This document shows positions 8,702 to 18,570 of a DNA stretch of 59,318 nucleotides, in pieces; positions within the stretch are counted from its first letter, which is position 1, and each line of letters begins with the position of its first letter. The stretch comes from Fidelibacterota bacterium. Lineage in GTDB: Bacteria; Fidelibacterota; Marinisomatia; Marinisomatales; Marinisomataceae. Position numbers and translations under genes: made by a program. The DNA lies in assembly GCA_018672235.1 (NCBI GenBank), contig JABHGE010000034.1, positions 1 to 59,318 of the forward strand, written 5' to 3'. The notes under the pieces were generated by a model. It was not told the origin of the DNA and searched no databases. It saw only the letters and a list, made by a program, of their open reading frames with translations.

Positions 8702-10318
8702 TTAATCCATGTAAGGATAGCGATAATCCTTAGGTGGTTCAAATGTTTCTTTAATTGTTCTTGGTGAAGTCCATCTTAAAAGATTTAACATAGAGCCACC
8801 TTTATCATTAGTGCCGGAAGCGCGACTTCCACCAAAAGGTTGTTGTCCTACAACAGCACCAGTTGGTTTGTCATTAATATAGAAATTTCCTGCTGAAAAT
8901 CTTAATGTAGAGCGTACTTCTTCTACAATATCTCTATCTTCAGAGAAAACACAGCCAGTTAATGCATAAGGAGATGTTGAATCGATTAACGTTAAAGTTT
9001 CTGACCACTGATCTGTATCATAAACATAAATTGTCAACACAGGACCAAAAATTTCCTCTTCCAATGTTTTAAAATGAGGATCATTAGTCACTATTACAGT
9101 GGGTTGAACAAAATAACCTTTTGACTTATCATATGTTCCACCACATAGAACTTCACAATCACTTGATTCATTTGCATAGTCTATATATGAAGATATTTTA
9201 TCAAATGCTGTTTCATCGATGACTGCATTAACAAAGTTCTTAAAATCTTCTGGCGGTCCTACTTCTATGGTAGCAATTTGTGTTACAAGTTTTTCTTTAA
9301 TGATATCCCATTTAGTAGAAGGGAGGTAAGCTCTAGACATAGCAGAACATTTCTGTCCTTGATATTCGAATGCTCCTCTTACCATTGCAGTCACAAGACC
9401 ATCAATATTAGCAGATTCATGAGCAATACAGAAGTCTTTTCCTCCGGTTTCACCAACAACCTTAGGATAGCTTTTGTATGTATCTAAGTTATTGGATACA
9501 CTTTTCCATAAATGTTTAAATGTTTTAGTAGATCCGGTAAAGTGTACTCCAGCTAAATCTCTATGAGCAAGTACTTGCTCACCAATTTTAGGACCATCGC
9601 CTGGAATAAAATTAATTACTCCATCAGGAAGACCTGCTTCTTTATAAAGCTCCATAATCACATGAGACGAATAAACTGCGCTTGGTGCTGGTTTCCATAA
9701 TACTGTATTACCTACAATAGCAGGAGCGATAGCTAAGTTTCCTCCAATGCTAAAGAAGTTAAATGGAGCAATAGCGAAAACAAATCCTTCTAGAGGTCTG
9801 AATTCCAAAGCATTATGCATTCCTTCTGGAGAAATAGGAGTAAATGTATTTTCCATCTTATAGGCAAATTCAATACTAAAATTTAAAAAATCTATAAGTT
9901 CACAGGATGCATCAACCTCGGCTTGGAAAACACTTTTTCCAATATCAAGCATTGCTGCAGCATTAATTTTATATCTATATGGACCATCAATTAAGTCAGC
10001 AACTTTTTTAAAAATTGAAGCTCTATACTCAAGAGAAGTATTTGACCAAGATTTCCAGGCCTCAAGAGAAGAATCTATTGCCATTTCAATTTCTTTTTCT
10101 CCGGCTTGATGGTATGTGCCTAGAAGATGTTGATGATCATGAGGTTTTGTACATGTCTGCGTATTACCTGTATAATATTCTTTTCCATGAATAATGACTG
10201 GAACTTCTTTTTGTCTATTGGACTGTCTTTCAATCTCTTTTATTAATTCTTCTCTATGTTTTGAACCTGGTTCAAAATCTAGTATTGGTGCATTTACTGC
10301 TTTAAAATTTTTGTCCAT
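8702..10318 (-). CDS. pruA: L-glutamate gamma-semialdehyde (1-pyrroline-5-carboxylate) dehydrogenase, ALDH4 type
   Basis: Aldehyde dehydrogenase fold with ETGGKD and FEYQGQKCSA catalytic Cys region. The ~540 aa length and the C-terminus (KETFEPPKDYRYPYM) are typical of the ALDH4/P5CDH family. Confidence 0.85.
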   Translation of the reverse strand: MDKNFKAVNAPILDFEPGSKHREELIKEIERQSNRQKEVPVIIHGKEYYTGNTQTCTKPHDHQHLLGTYHQAGEKEIEMAIDSSLEAWKSWSNTSLEYRASIFKKVADLIDGPYRYKINAAAMLDIGKSVFQAEVDASCELIDFLNFSIEFAYKMENTFTPISPEGMHNALEFRPLEGFVFAIAPFNFFSIGGNLAIAPAIVGNTVLWKPAPSAVYSSHVIMELYKEAGLPDGVINFIPGDGPKIGEQVLAHRDLAGVHFTGSTKTFKHLWKSVSNNLDTYKSYPKVVGETGGKDFCIAHESANIDGLVTAMVRGAFEYQGQKCSAMSRAYLPSTKWDIIKEKLVTQIATIEVGPPEDFKNFVNAVIDETAFDKISSYIDYANESSDCEVLCGGTYDKSKGYFVQPTVIVTNDPHFKTLEEEIFGPVLTIYVYDTDQWSETLTLIDSTSPYALTGCVFSEDRDIVEEVRSTLRFSAGNFYINDKPTGAVVGQQPFGGSRASGTNDKGGSMLNLLRWTSPRTIKETFEPPKDYRYPYMD

Positions 10319-10335
10319 AATTTCCTCTTTCGTTT

Positions 10336-11340
10336 TTAGTGCCTAATATTAGATAAAATATCCTTCATTTCAGAATAATTCTTTACTAAAACTAATTTTT
10401 TTCTCAATCCAGAAGCATGCTTAAAGCCTTTGAAGTACCAACCGAAGTGTTTTCTCATATTATTTGTACCTACAACTTCTCCATGTGTTTCAACAAGTAG
10501 ATCTAAATGTCTATTACAAACATCTAATCTTTCATCCATACTTATCTCATTAAAATCTTCATTTTTCATATATTTTTTAATTTGAGTAAAAAACCAAGGA
10601 TTCCCAAGTGCAGCTCTACCAATCATAATTCCATCACAATTTGTCAATGAAAACATTCTTTCAATATCTCCTATAGTTTGTATATCGCCATTTCCTATTA
10701 CTGGAATTTTTACATTTTCTTTTAATTCTTTAATAAGAGACCAATCAGCCTTTCCTTTATAGAGCTGAACAGTTGTTCTTGGGTGTAGTGTGATAGCTTT
10801 GATACCAATTTTTTCTAATTTTATACCCGCCTCTGTACTCACAATGTTTTCAGAATTCCAACCTGCTCTCATTTTGACAGTTACTGGAACTTCTTTGACA
10901 GATTCAACAACTGCAGCAGTGATATCTTCCATTAAGCATAAATCTTTCAACGCTGCGGATCCAGCGCCCTTTTTAGTTACTTTTGGAACAGGGCATCCAT
11001 AGTTAATATCAATCAAATCAGGCTTAAATTGCTCATAAACTAATCGAGCAGCTTTTTCCATAACCTCAGGAGTATCTCCAAATATTTGAATACCAATTGG
11101 CCTCTCAAATTCTGAAAATTCAATCATTTTTAGAGTTTTTTCATTTTTTCTTATAATTCCATGTGCTGAAACAAATTCTGAGTAAACAATACCTGCACCA
11201 AATTCTTTCGCAATGACTCTGTATGCATAGTCAGTGACTCCTGCCATGGGAGCTAGAAAGAAAGGGAAGTCTAGCTTTAAAGATCCAATCTCTATTTTTT
11301 TATTTAAATCAAACATATTCTTTTTGTTTGTTAGGTTCAA
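10336..11340 (-). CDS. dusB: tRNA-dihydrouridine synthase
   Basis: LAPMAGVTD motif, the NYGCP stretch, and the overall Dus family pattern. The start could be the internal Met 8 codons downstream. Confidence 0.85.
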   Translation of the reverse strand: MNLTNKKNMFDLNKKIEIGSLKLDFPFFLAPMAGVTDYAYRVIAKEFGAGIVYSEFVSAHGIIRKNEKTLKMIEFSEFERPIGIQIFGDTPEVMEKAARLVYEQFKPDLIDINYGCPVPKVTKKGAGSAALKDLCLMEDITAAVVESVKEVPVTVKMRAGWNSENIVSTEAGIKLEKIGIKAITLHPRTTVQLYKGKADWSLIKELKENVKIPVIGNGDIQTIGDIERMFSLTNCDGIMIGRAALGNPWFFTQIKKYMKNEDFNEISMDERLDVCNRHLDLLVETHGEVVGTNNMRKHFGWYFKGFKHASGLRKKLVLVKNYSEMKDILSNIRH

Positions 11341-11396
11341 TTATTGGTTTAAATTTGCCCGAGTTTAATTAAACTTCAAAGATAAAAGGTTAAAAA

Positions 11397-11633
11397 ATGT
11401 CAAGAGTTTGTGAAGTAACAGGTAAAAAAGTAATGCATGGAAACAATGTAAGTCATGCAAACAATAAAACTAGAAGAAGGTTTGATGTAAATCTACAGAA
11501 AAAAACTTTCTGGGTAGCTAGTTTAAAAAAATCTATTACTCTTAAAGTATCAGCAAAAGGCATTAAAATTATTGATAAAAAAGGTATTGATTCTGTGATT
11601 AGAGAATTAACTGCTAAAGGAAGAAGATTTTAA
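11397..11633 (+). CDS. rpmB: 50S ribosomal protein L28
   Basis: [11 protein letters not shown]...[15 protein letters not shown] is the conserved L28 N-terminus. Confidence 0.92.
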   Translation: MSRVCEVTGKKVMHGNNVSHANNKTRRRFDVNLQKKTFWVASLKKSITLKVSAKGIKIIDKKGIDSVIRELTAKGRRF

Positions 11634-13084
11634 GAATTTCTAAGTTTTTTACTCAATTCTTGATTAATTATTTTATGATTTATTTTACCTTTTGATTCCT
11701 TCATCACTTTACCTATAAAGTAACTCAACAGTTTTTCTTCGCCGTTTTGAAATCTTATAACCTCTTCTGGATTTTCTTTGAACACTTTATCAATGATATC
11801 TTCTACATTATTATTTTTATTATCGAGATAATCTCCATCATTCATTATAGTTTTGAGTGAATCATTAGAGGTGAATAATTTTCTTAAGACTTCTTTTGCA
11901 GAGTTTGTAGTTATTTTTTCTGAATCACTGAAAGAGATAATTTTTGCTAAATCTTTAGCTAGCACCTTGCTGTGATCAAAGGGAATATTCACCTCATTAA
12001 ATAGTCGAAACAATTCACCCGTAATCCATTTATAGGCATTTTTAGCGCCAACATCATAGTTAAGTATTTCCTCAAAATAAGAAGCAATATGCCTTGTACT
12101 AGCAAGAGTGATAGCTTCTTCTGGCTTAAAATTATATTTATCTATCCATTTATTTTCAAACTCAAACGGTAAAGTAGGTAAAATTTCTCTTATAGATTCT
12201 ATCTTTGAATTTTCAATTATAACTGGGGGTAGGTCTGGATCTGGAAAGTATCTATAGTCATTAGCATTTTCTTTTACTCGCATAATTTCTGCAGTATTTT
12301 TTTCATTATTCCAAGTTAAACTTGCTTGCTTTACTTGCTGTCCATCTTCTAATAGTTGATGCTGTCTTTTAATCTCAGATTCAATTGCTTTTTGTACATT
12401 TCTAAAAGAATTAATATTTTTAATTTCTGTTTTAGTACCAAATTTTTTAACACCTTTTTTCTTAATAGATATATTAGCATCACATCTTAATTTTCCTTGT
12501 TCCATCTCAGCATTAGAAATCATTATATAGTTAACAATCTGTTTTATTCGTTGAATAAATATTTTTGCTTGTATGGGATGTGTTAATACAGGTTCAGTAA
12601 CAATTTCTATTAGCGGAGCACCACTTCTATTAAAATCTACTTGACTGCTATTGCTTGATAGATGATGAGTTGATTTACCTGCATCTTCTTCTAGATGAGC
12701 TCTTGTTAATTCAATATTATATTGTTTGTCGTTCCACCAAATAGGCACAACTCCGCCTGTTACAATAGGTCTATCAAATTGAGATATTTGATATCCTTTT
12801 GGAAGATCCGGATAAAAATAATGTTTTCTGGCAAAAGAAAAAGAGGAATGTATATTAGCATTTACCGCACTACCAAATTGAATAGCAAAATCTATAGCTT
12901 TTTCATTTATTGAAGGAAGTGCTCCCGGCAATCCAAGAGAAGTGGGGCATGTAAGCGTATTTGGATCTTTATCATAAGTATATTCACAGGTACTAAACAT
13001 TTTTGATTTTGTTTCTAACTGTACATGTACCTCTATCCCAATAACAAAATCCCAATCTTTATTAATTGTTTCTATTGTATTCAA
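11630..13084 (-). CDS. gatB: Asp/Glu-tRNA amidotransferase subunit B
   Basis: [16 protein letters not shown] and [11 protein letters not shown] motifs, with a C-terminal GatB/YqeY tail. Confidence 0.95.
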   Translation of the reverse strand: MNTIETINKDWDFVIGIEVHVQLETKSKMFSTCEYTYDKDPNTLTCPTSLGLPGALPSINEKAIDFAIQFGSAVNANIHSSFSFARKHYFYPDLPKGYQISQFDRPIVTGGVVPIWWNDKQYNIELTRAHLEEDAGKSTHHLSSNSSQVDFNRSGAPLIEIVTEPVLTHPIQAKIFIQRIKQIVNYIMISNAEMEQGKLRCDANISIKKKGVKKFGTKTEIKNINSFRNVQKAIESEIKRQHQLLEDGQQVKQASLTWNNEKNTAEIMRVKENANDYRYFPDPDLPPVIIENSKIESIREILPTLPFEFENKWIDKYNFKPEEAITLASTRHIASYFEEILNYDVGAKNAYKWITGELFRLFNEVNIPFDHSKVLAKDLAKIISFSDSEKITTNSAKEVLRKLFTSNDSLKTIMNDGDYLDNKNNNVEDIIDKVFKENPEEVIRFQNGEEKLLSYFIGKVMKESKGKINHKIINQELSKKLRNS

Positions 13085-15339
13085 TTTAAGTGATCTGCGA
13101 TTAGATTTAGAGCAGATCCGGCCTTAAACCATGAGATTTGATTTTCTGAAAAAGTATGAATTGTCTTAATAATGTAAGTAGAGCCATCTGGCTTATTCAA
13201 ACTTAGATCAATATTATTTTTCGGACCAAATTCGTTTAGATTTATAGTTGATATAGTATCAAAAGCTTCAATTTTTTCATAGTCTGACTTATCTTGGAAT
13301 ATCAAAGGTAATATACCTTGTTTTTTTAAATTGGTTTGAGCAATTCTCGCAAAGCTTTTTGCTAAAACGATCTTACAACCCATAAATCTTGGTTCCATAG
13401 CTGCATGTTCTCTACTAGATCCTTCTCCATAATTTTCATCAGCAACTGCTAGCCAATCAATAGAATTTGAGCTATAATATTTTGCAACTTCATAAATATC
13501 ACCCTTTTCTTTGGTGTCAGTATTTATTGCTTCTCCAGTAGATTGTGTATATGCATTTAATGCACCAGAATACATGTTTTGAGATATATTTTCAAGATGT
13601 CCTCTATATTTTAACCAAGGTCCAGCCGGAGATACGTGGTCGGTAGTACACTTTCCTTCAGCTTTTAATAAGATACGTAAATTTTTAGCATCTTTCTTAT
13701 TCCATTCTTTGAATGGCTCTAATTTTTGTAGTCGCTTGCTATTTTTGTCTATAATAATTTCCGCAGATGGGTTTAATGCTCCAGTTAAGAAGTCGCTACT
13801 ATCTACATCTTCAAAGCCGTCAACAGGTAATTCTGATCCAATAGGGGGGTTAAACATAAATTTATTTCCATCATCCGTTAAGATAAAATCTTTTGAAGGA
13901 TTAAAGCTAAGTTTACCTGCTATAGCTAATGCGGTTACAATTTCTGGACTAGCTACAAAAGATTCAGTAGCTGCATTTCCATCATTTCTTTTTGCAAAAT
14001 TTCTATTAAATGATGTAATGATAGTATTTTTTTCTCCATCTTCAACACCAGATCTCTTCCATTGCCCAATACATGGTCCGCAGGCATTAGCTAGTACTTT
14101 ACCGCCAAGTTTTTGAAAAATTTCCGTATATCCATCACGTTCCATAGTGGCTTTTATTTGATTGGAGCCTGGAGTAATATAAAATTCTGATTTAGCTTTT
14201 AAACCTTGGTCTAATGCTTGTTTTGCAACATGAGCAGCTTTTTCAATATCTTCATAAGAAGAATTTGTACAACTACCAATTAGTCCAACTTTTAAATCAT
14301 CATCATAGTTATTGTTTTTAATAGCTAGTGGCATGTCTGATACTTTTCTAGAAAGATCAGGACTGTATGGACCAACAATATGAGGTTCAAGTTCAGATAA
14401 ATTTATTTCAATTACTTCATCGTAATATTTTTCTGGATTATTTGCTACTTCATCATCTGCTTTTAAGTCATCTTTTAATTCTTCTGCTAGTGATGCAATG
14501 TCAGATCTTGAGGTTGCAACTAAATATTCAAACATTTTTCTGTCATAAGGAAATAAAGAGGTTGTTGCTCCTACTTCAGCTCCCATATTAGTTATGGTCG
14601 CTTTCCCTGTACAACTTATTGTCTTGGTCCCTTCTCCAAAATATTCAATAATTTTTCCAGTACCACCTTTAACTGTTAAAATTCCAGCTAGCTTAAGTAT
14701 GATATCTTTTGGAGAAGCCCAATTTTTTAATTCTCCAACTAATTTAACTCCAATAATACCAGGCCAATTGACTTCCCATGGAGAATCTGTCATTACATCT
14801 ACAGCGTCAGCTCCACCTACGCCAATTGCAATCATTCCTAAGCCTCCTGCATTCGGAGTATGTGAATCAGTTCCAATCATTAGAGATCCAGGGAATGCAT
14901 AATTTTCTAATATAGTTTGATGAATAATTCCTGCACCAGGTTTCCAGAAACCAATCCCATACTTTTCACAAACAGATATTAAAAAATTATAAACTTCTTT
15001 ATTTGTAATAAGAGCATTATCTAGGTCATCTTTTGCACCACTAATAGCGGTAATTAAGTGATCACAATGAACAGTGCTAGGGACAGCAGTTGTTTGCATG
15101 CCTGCATTAATAAATTGAAGCAGTGCCATTTGTGCTGTTGCGTCTTGCATAGCTACTCGATCAGGCTTTATACAACAAAATGTTTTTGTTCTTTCTGGGA
15201 TAGATTCTAATGGCTTGGTTAAATGTGAGAAAAGTATTTTTTCTGTATAGGTTAATGGTCGATTAAAAAAATCTCTAGCAACAGGAAGAGACTCCTTATA
15301 TTTTGAATAGGTCTTTTTAACTATTTTAGTTTGGTCCAT
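13081..15339 (-). CDS. acn: aconitate hydratase (~750-aa, mitochondrial-like type)
   Basis: Fe-S ligand regions TDSHTPN, IGSCTNSSYED and NACGPCIGQW. The 752 aa length fits the short aconitase class. Confidence 0.9.
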   Translation of the reverse strand: MDQTKIVKKTYSKYKESLPVARDFFNRPLTYTEKILFSHLTKPLESIPERTKTFCCIKPDRVAMQDATAQMALLQFINAGMQTTAVPSTVHCDHLITAISGAKDDLDNALITNKEVYNFLISVCEKYGIGFWKPGAGIIHQTILENYAFPGSLMIGTDSHTPNAGGLGMIAIGVGGADAVDVMTDSPWEVNWPGIIGVKLVGELKNWASPKDIILKLAGILTVKGGTGKIIEYFGEGTKTISCTGKATITNMGAEVGATTSLFPYDRKMFEYLVATSRSDIASLAEELKDDLKADDEVANNPEKYYDEVIEINLSELEPHIVGPYSPDLSRKVSDMPLAIKNNNYDDDLKVGLIGSCTNSSYEDIEKAAHVAKQALDQGLKAKSEFYITPGSNQIKATMERDGYTEIFQKLGGKVLANACGPCIGQWKRSGVEDGEKNTIITSFNRNFAKRNDGNAATESFVASPEIVTALAIAGKLSFNPSKDFILTDDGNKFMFNPPIGSELPVDGFEDVDSSDFLTGALNPSAEIIIDKNSKRLQKLEPFKEWNKKDAKNLRILLKAEGKCTTDHVSPAGPWLKYRGHLENISQNMYSGALNAYTQSTGEAINTDTKEKGDIYEVAKYYSSNSIDWLAVADENYGEGSSREHAAMEPRFMGCKIVLAKSFARIAQTNLKKQGILPLIFQDKSDYEKIEAFDTISTINLNEFGPKNNIDLSLNKPDGSTYIIKTIHTFSENQISWFKAGSALNLIADHLN

Positions 15340-15394
15340 TATTTTATCCTCCCTAAATTATTTAAATTTAATTACAAAAAAAATAACTAAAACA

Positions 15395-15961
15395 ATGAGC
15401 CTAATATTAGCATCAAGTTCTCCAAGACGAAAGAAAATTTTAAGAGAATTAGGTTATCGCTTTCAATCCATATCACCAGATATAGATGAGTCTAATGTGA
15501 ATAATTTGAAACCAATTGATTACGTTTTGAATATATCGGAAAGGAAGGCATCTCATGTATGGAACAATCATAAAGAAAGTTGTGTATTAGCGGGCGATAC
15601 TATTGTTGATTTCAATAATCAGATTATAGGAAAGCCATCTTCGAATAGTGAGGCTTTTACGATTATTGACAAGCTATCTAATCAAACTCATTCTGTTATT
15701 AGCGGATTAAGTCTTTTTTTTGAAGGAAAGGTTATGAATATTTTTGATAAAACTGACGTTACATTTAAAAAATTATCAAAATCTACTATAGAAAACTATA
15801 TTAAGTCTTTTGATGTTTTAGATAAAGCTGGTGCTTATAATATTGAAGATGCTGAAAATATTTTAATTAAACATATTGACGGATGTTACAATAATATTGT
15901 AGGTTTTCCCTTGAAGAAATTTGAAATGAGTAAAATAAAAAAAATATTAGACAGCCTATGA
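15395..15961 (+). CDS. maf: Maf-like nucleoside triphosphate pyrophosphatase
   Basis: LILASSSPRRKKIL N-terminus and KAGAY motif typical of the Maf/YhdE family. Confidence 0.85.
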   Translation: MSLILASSSPRRKKILRELGYRFQSISPDIDESNVNNLKPIDYVLNISERKASHVWNNHKESCVLAGDTIVDFNNQIIGKPSSNSEAFTIIDKLSNQTHSVISGLSLFFEGKVMNIFDKTDVTFKKLSKSTIENYIKSFDVLDKAGAYNIEDAENILIKHIDGCYNNIVGFPLKKFEMSKIKKILDSL

Positions 15962-16779
15962 TTTTCTATTCAAGATATAAAAAATTTAGATTAGAAAATA
16001 AGATTTCCCTCGAAGATATCCAGCGTAGAACTAAAATAGATATTGTCAGCCTTAAGGCTATTGAAGCAGGTAAATTTTCTGAAATTTCTAACATTTATGT
16101 AAGGCTGTTTTTTAAAGCTTATCTTAAAGAAATTGGCGTAGATATTGATGAAGGGGTTCAAGAGTTAAATAATTTTCTTAATCAAAAAAAATCTGACCAC
16201 AAGCCAAGGACTAGAAAAAAAACGGTAAAAGATAGTAATAAAAGTTTAACATTTGTTGATATCATAAAGACAGACAATATATTGAGTCCAAATATTTTGA
16301 TTGGATCAGCGATATTTTTTATCTTAGTTGTATTAAGTTTTGCGCTGAATAATTCATCGGACGTTCCTAATGTCGATAAAGAGAATGAGCTTAGAATATC
16401 TAAATCTAGCTTAGAGCAAATATATGCCATAAGAAGTGAAGAGATTTTAAGCGAAGAAACTTTTTCTTTTCCAATAACCATTCGATTTCAATCAAATAAT
16501 GAAAATTATATTGAATACTCAGATAGTACGTCTGCAAAAGAGTACTTTATATTTGATGATACAAGCATGAATCAGTCTAATTCTTTTTCCGAAATATGGA
16601 ATGGAGAAGAAAAAACCTTCTTAATAGCAAATACAGTTAATTTTGAATTAGTATTTTTTTCCGAAGATACTTTTACTGATTTATCTAAAAGTATAGTTAA
16701 TGATTTTCCCATAAAAATAGATCTTATAGCAGACCCTTTATCAGTCTCTGTCACAAAGTACATACCAAAGAATAGATAG
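15958..16779 (+). CDS. RodZ-like HTH-domain membrane protein
   Basis: N-terminal XRE-type HTH (ISLEDIQRRTKIDIVSLKAIEAG), a basic linker, and a single TM (LIGSAIFFILVVLSFAL). This matches RodZ architecture. The C-terminal part is not recognisable. Confidence 0.5.
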   Translation: MIFYSRYKKFRLENKISLEDIQRRTKIDIVSLKAIEAGKFSEISNIYVRLFFKAYLKEIGVDIDEGVQELNNFLNQKKSDHKPRTRKKTVKDSNKSLTFVDIIKTDNILSPNILIGSAIFFILVVLSFALNNSSDVPNVDKENELRISKSSLEQIYAIRSEEILSEETFSFPITIRFQSNNENYIEYSDSTSAKEYFIFDDTSMNQSNSFSEIWNGEEKTFLIANTVNFELVFFSEDTFTDLSKSIVNDFPIKIDLIADPLSVSVTKYIPKNR

Positions 16780-16847
16780 TTTTAACTTATAGATCTATCA
16801 TCTAATCTTTTTTAGTCATTTTTTTATCTAAATTTATAACAAATTTA

Positions 16848-16894
16848 TTGACATAGATGATGCATGTATAGTAAGATAAGTGGTGAATTGTGGG
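16848..16894 (+). promoter_or_regulatory. putative dcw (mraZ) promoter with MraZ-box-like direct repeats
   Basis: TTGACA (16848-16853), an 18-nt spacer, then TAAGAT (16872-16877). This is followed by GTGGT (16880-16884) and GTGGG (16890-16894) with 10-bp phasing, 27 nt upstream of the mraZ ATG. Confidence 0.4.
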
Positions 16895-16920
16895 TCAAAT
16901 TCCCTTAATTCCCGTTTATT

Positions 16921-17379
16921 ATGCGTAGCCAATATACATTTACAGGACAATATGATTTTGTTATTGATTCAAAAAATCGAATCAATATTCCATCAATATT
17001 TCGCAAACAGCTCGATGAGTCGGATAAAAATAGATTTGTTATAACAAGAGGAATTGATTCTTGTATATGGATATATCCTTTAGGTGAATGGGAAAAAATT
17101 GAAAAAGAATTAAGTCAATTATCCTCTCTGTCTAAGGTAAACCGCACTTTTTTAAGAAATCATTTAAGGCATGCTAAAATAGTATGCTCAGATGATCAGG
17201 GTAGACTGATACTAACAAAAAATTTAATTGAGTATGCAAATATTTTAAAGAATATTACCATTATAGGCGTTTTAAATAAAATTGAGATATGGGATAATGC
17301 TACATTAGCAGTATCAGATTCCGAACAAAGTATTGATGAAGAATTCTATGAAGACCTTTCTAGGAGGGTCAATATCTGA
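16921..17379 (+). CDS. mraZ: transcriptional regulator MraZ
   Basis: Duplicated SpoVT/AbrB-like halves (DSKNRINIPSIFR and DDQGRLILTKNL). First gene of the dcw cluster. Confidence 0.9.
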   Translation: MRSQYTFTGQYDFVIDSKNRINIPSIFRKQLDESDKNRFVITRGIDSCIWIYPLGEWEKIEKELSQLSSLSKVNRTFLRNHLRHAKIVCSDDQGRLILTKNLIEYANILKNITIIGVLNKIEIWDNATLAVSDSEQSIDEEFYEDLSRRVNI

Positions 17380-18269
17380 TGACCTCAATTCTGTCGGAGA
17401 ACTATAGCCATTACCCAGTTATGCTGATAGAATCAATTGATAATTTAAATATTAAAAAAAATGGATTTTATGTTGATGGTACCGTAGGTCTTGGAGGTCA
17501 TTCAATTGAAATTCTTCAAGAAATAAAAAAAGGATTTCTTATAGGTTTTGATAGAGATTCAAATTCAATCAAGATTGCAAATAAGAGATTAGCCTCATTC
17601 GATAATTTTGAATTAATACACTCTAGTTATACTAATTTAGAAAAAACTTGCGATAGGCTTAATATTGATGGAGTAGATGGAATTCTTTTAGATCTAGGTC
17701 TTTCTTCTTTTCAGTTAGAAGATAATCAAAGAGGATTTTCTCATCGATATAATTCATCTTTAGATATGAGATTTGATGATAAGGATGATAGCTTGACAGC
17801 TCAAGAAATTATCGAAAATTCATCGGTAAGAGATCTCACTAATATCTTTAATGAATTTGGAGAAGAAAGGAATTCATTTAGAATTGCCAGAGCAATCAAA
17901 GAGTCGAATGAAGAAATAAACGCTGATACACTTGTGAATATTATCAGTAGAAAAACAGCTTATAAATATCGCATCAAAACATATTCACGAATTTTTCAAG
18001 CACTTAGAATAAAAACAAACAATGAGTTAGATCATTTAGAGTCATTTTTAAATGATTTTATGCATTTTCTTAATCCTGGAGGTAGGATTGTAATTATCAG
18101 CTATCATTCAATGGAAGATCGAATGGTCAAACATAAATTCAAAGATTTGAAATTAAATAAAGAACTACAAGTTCTATCAAAGAAACCTTTTACACCTACG
18201 GATGAAGAAATATTCGACAATAAGAGATCTCGAAGTGCAAAAATGAGAGTAGGAGAAAAAATTGGCTAG
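17379..18269 (+). CDS. rsmH: 16S rRNA (cytosine1402-N4)-methyltransferase
   Basis: HYPVML, DGTVGLGGHS, LLDLGLSS and SYHSMEDR motifs. Confidence 0.95.
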   Translation: MTSILSENYSHYPVMLIESIDNLNIKKNGFYVDGTVGLGGHSIEILQEIKKGFLIGFDRDSNSIKIANKRLASFDNFELIHSSYTNLEKTCDRLNIDGVDGILLDLGLSSFQLEDNQRGFSHRYNSSLDMRFDDKDDSLTAQEIIENSSVRDLTNIFNEFGEERNSFRIARAIKESNEEINADTLVNIISRKTAYKYRIKTYSRIFQALRIKTNNELDHLESFLNDFMHFLNPGGRIVIISYHSMEDRMVKHKFKDLKLNKELQVLSKKPFTPTDEEIFDNKRSRSAKMRVGEKIG

Positions 18270-18570
18270 AAAGAAAAGACTAACAAAAGCACAAATCCAA
18301 AAAAGAGAAAATATAAAATGGACTCTAATGTTTGTGTTAACGGTAGGAACAATTTCTTTATATTTAGCCGCTTTTATAGAGATAGATAAAACTCAAGCTA
18401 GTATTGATTTTAATCGACAAACATTAGCTCAGTTAGACGAAGATCTTATATTAAAAATTAATTCTGTTGAGAAGATGAAAAGAGCAGATGTTATTTCGAA
18501 AAAAGCAAAGAAAATTGGATTAATAGCAAGTAAGCCAGAGACACTCATCGTGAAAATAAGCAATGACTAA
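18262..18570 (+). CDS. ftsL: cell division protein FtsL-like
   Basis: 102 aa, basic N-terminus, one TM, then a coiled-coil. The call rests on position between rsmH and ftsI. Sequence similarity is not assessable by eye. Confidence 0.6.
   Translation: MARKKRLTKAQIQKRENIKWTLMFVLTVGTISLYLAAFIEIDKTQASIDFNRQTLAQLDEDLILKINSVEKMKRADVISKKAKKIGLIASKPETLIVKISND

Noticed and set aside
8701-8742. N-terminal extensions proposed by the ORF track for sucC (14 aa), murD (9 aa, 20461-20487), arfB (17 aa, 50800-50850) and murE (21 aa, 51702-51764).
   Set aside because: In each case an internal ATG yields the family-typical N-terminus and removes an implausible overlap with the neighbouring gene. The longest-ORF starts are probably artefacts.
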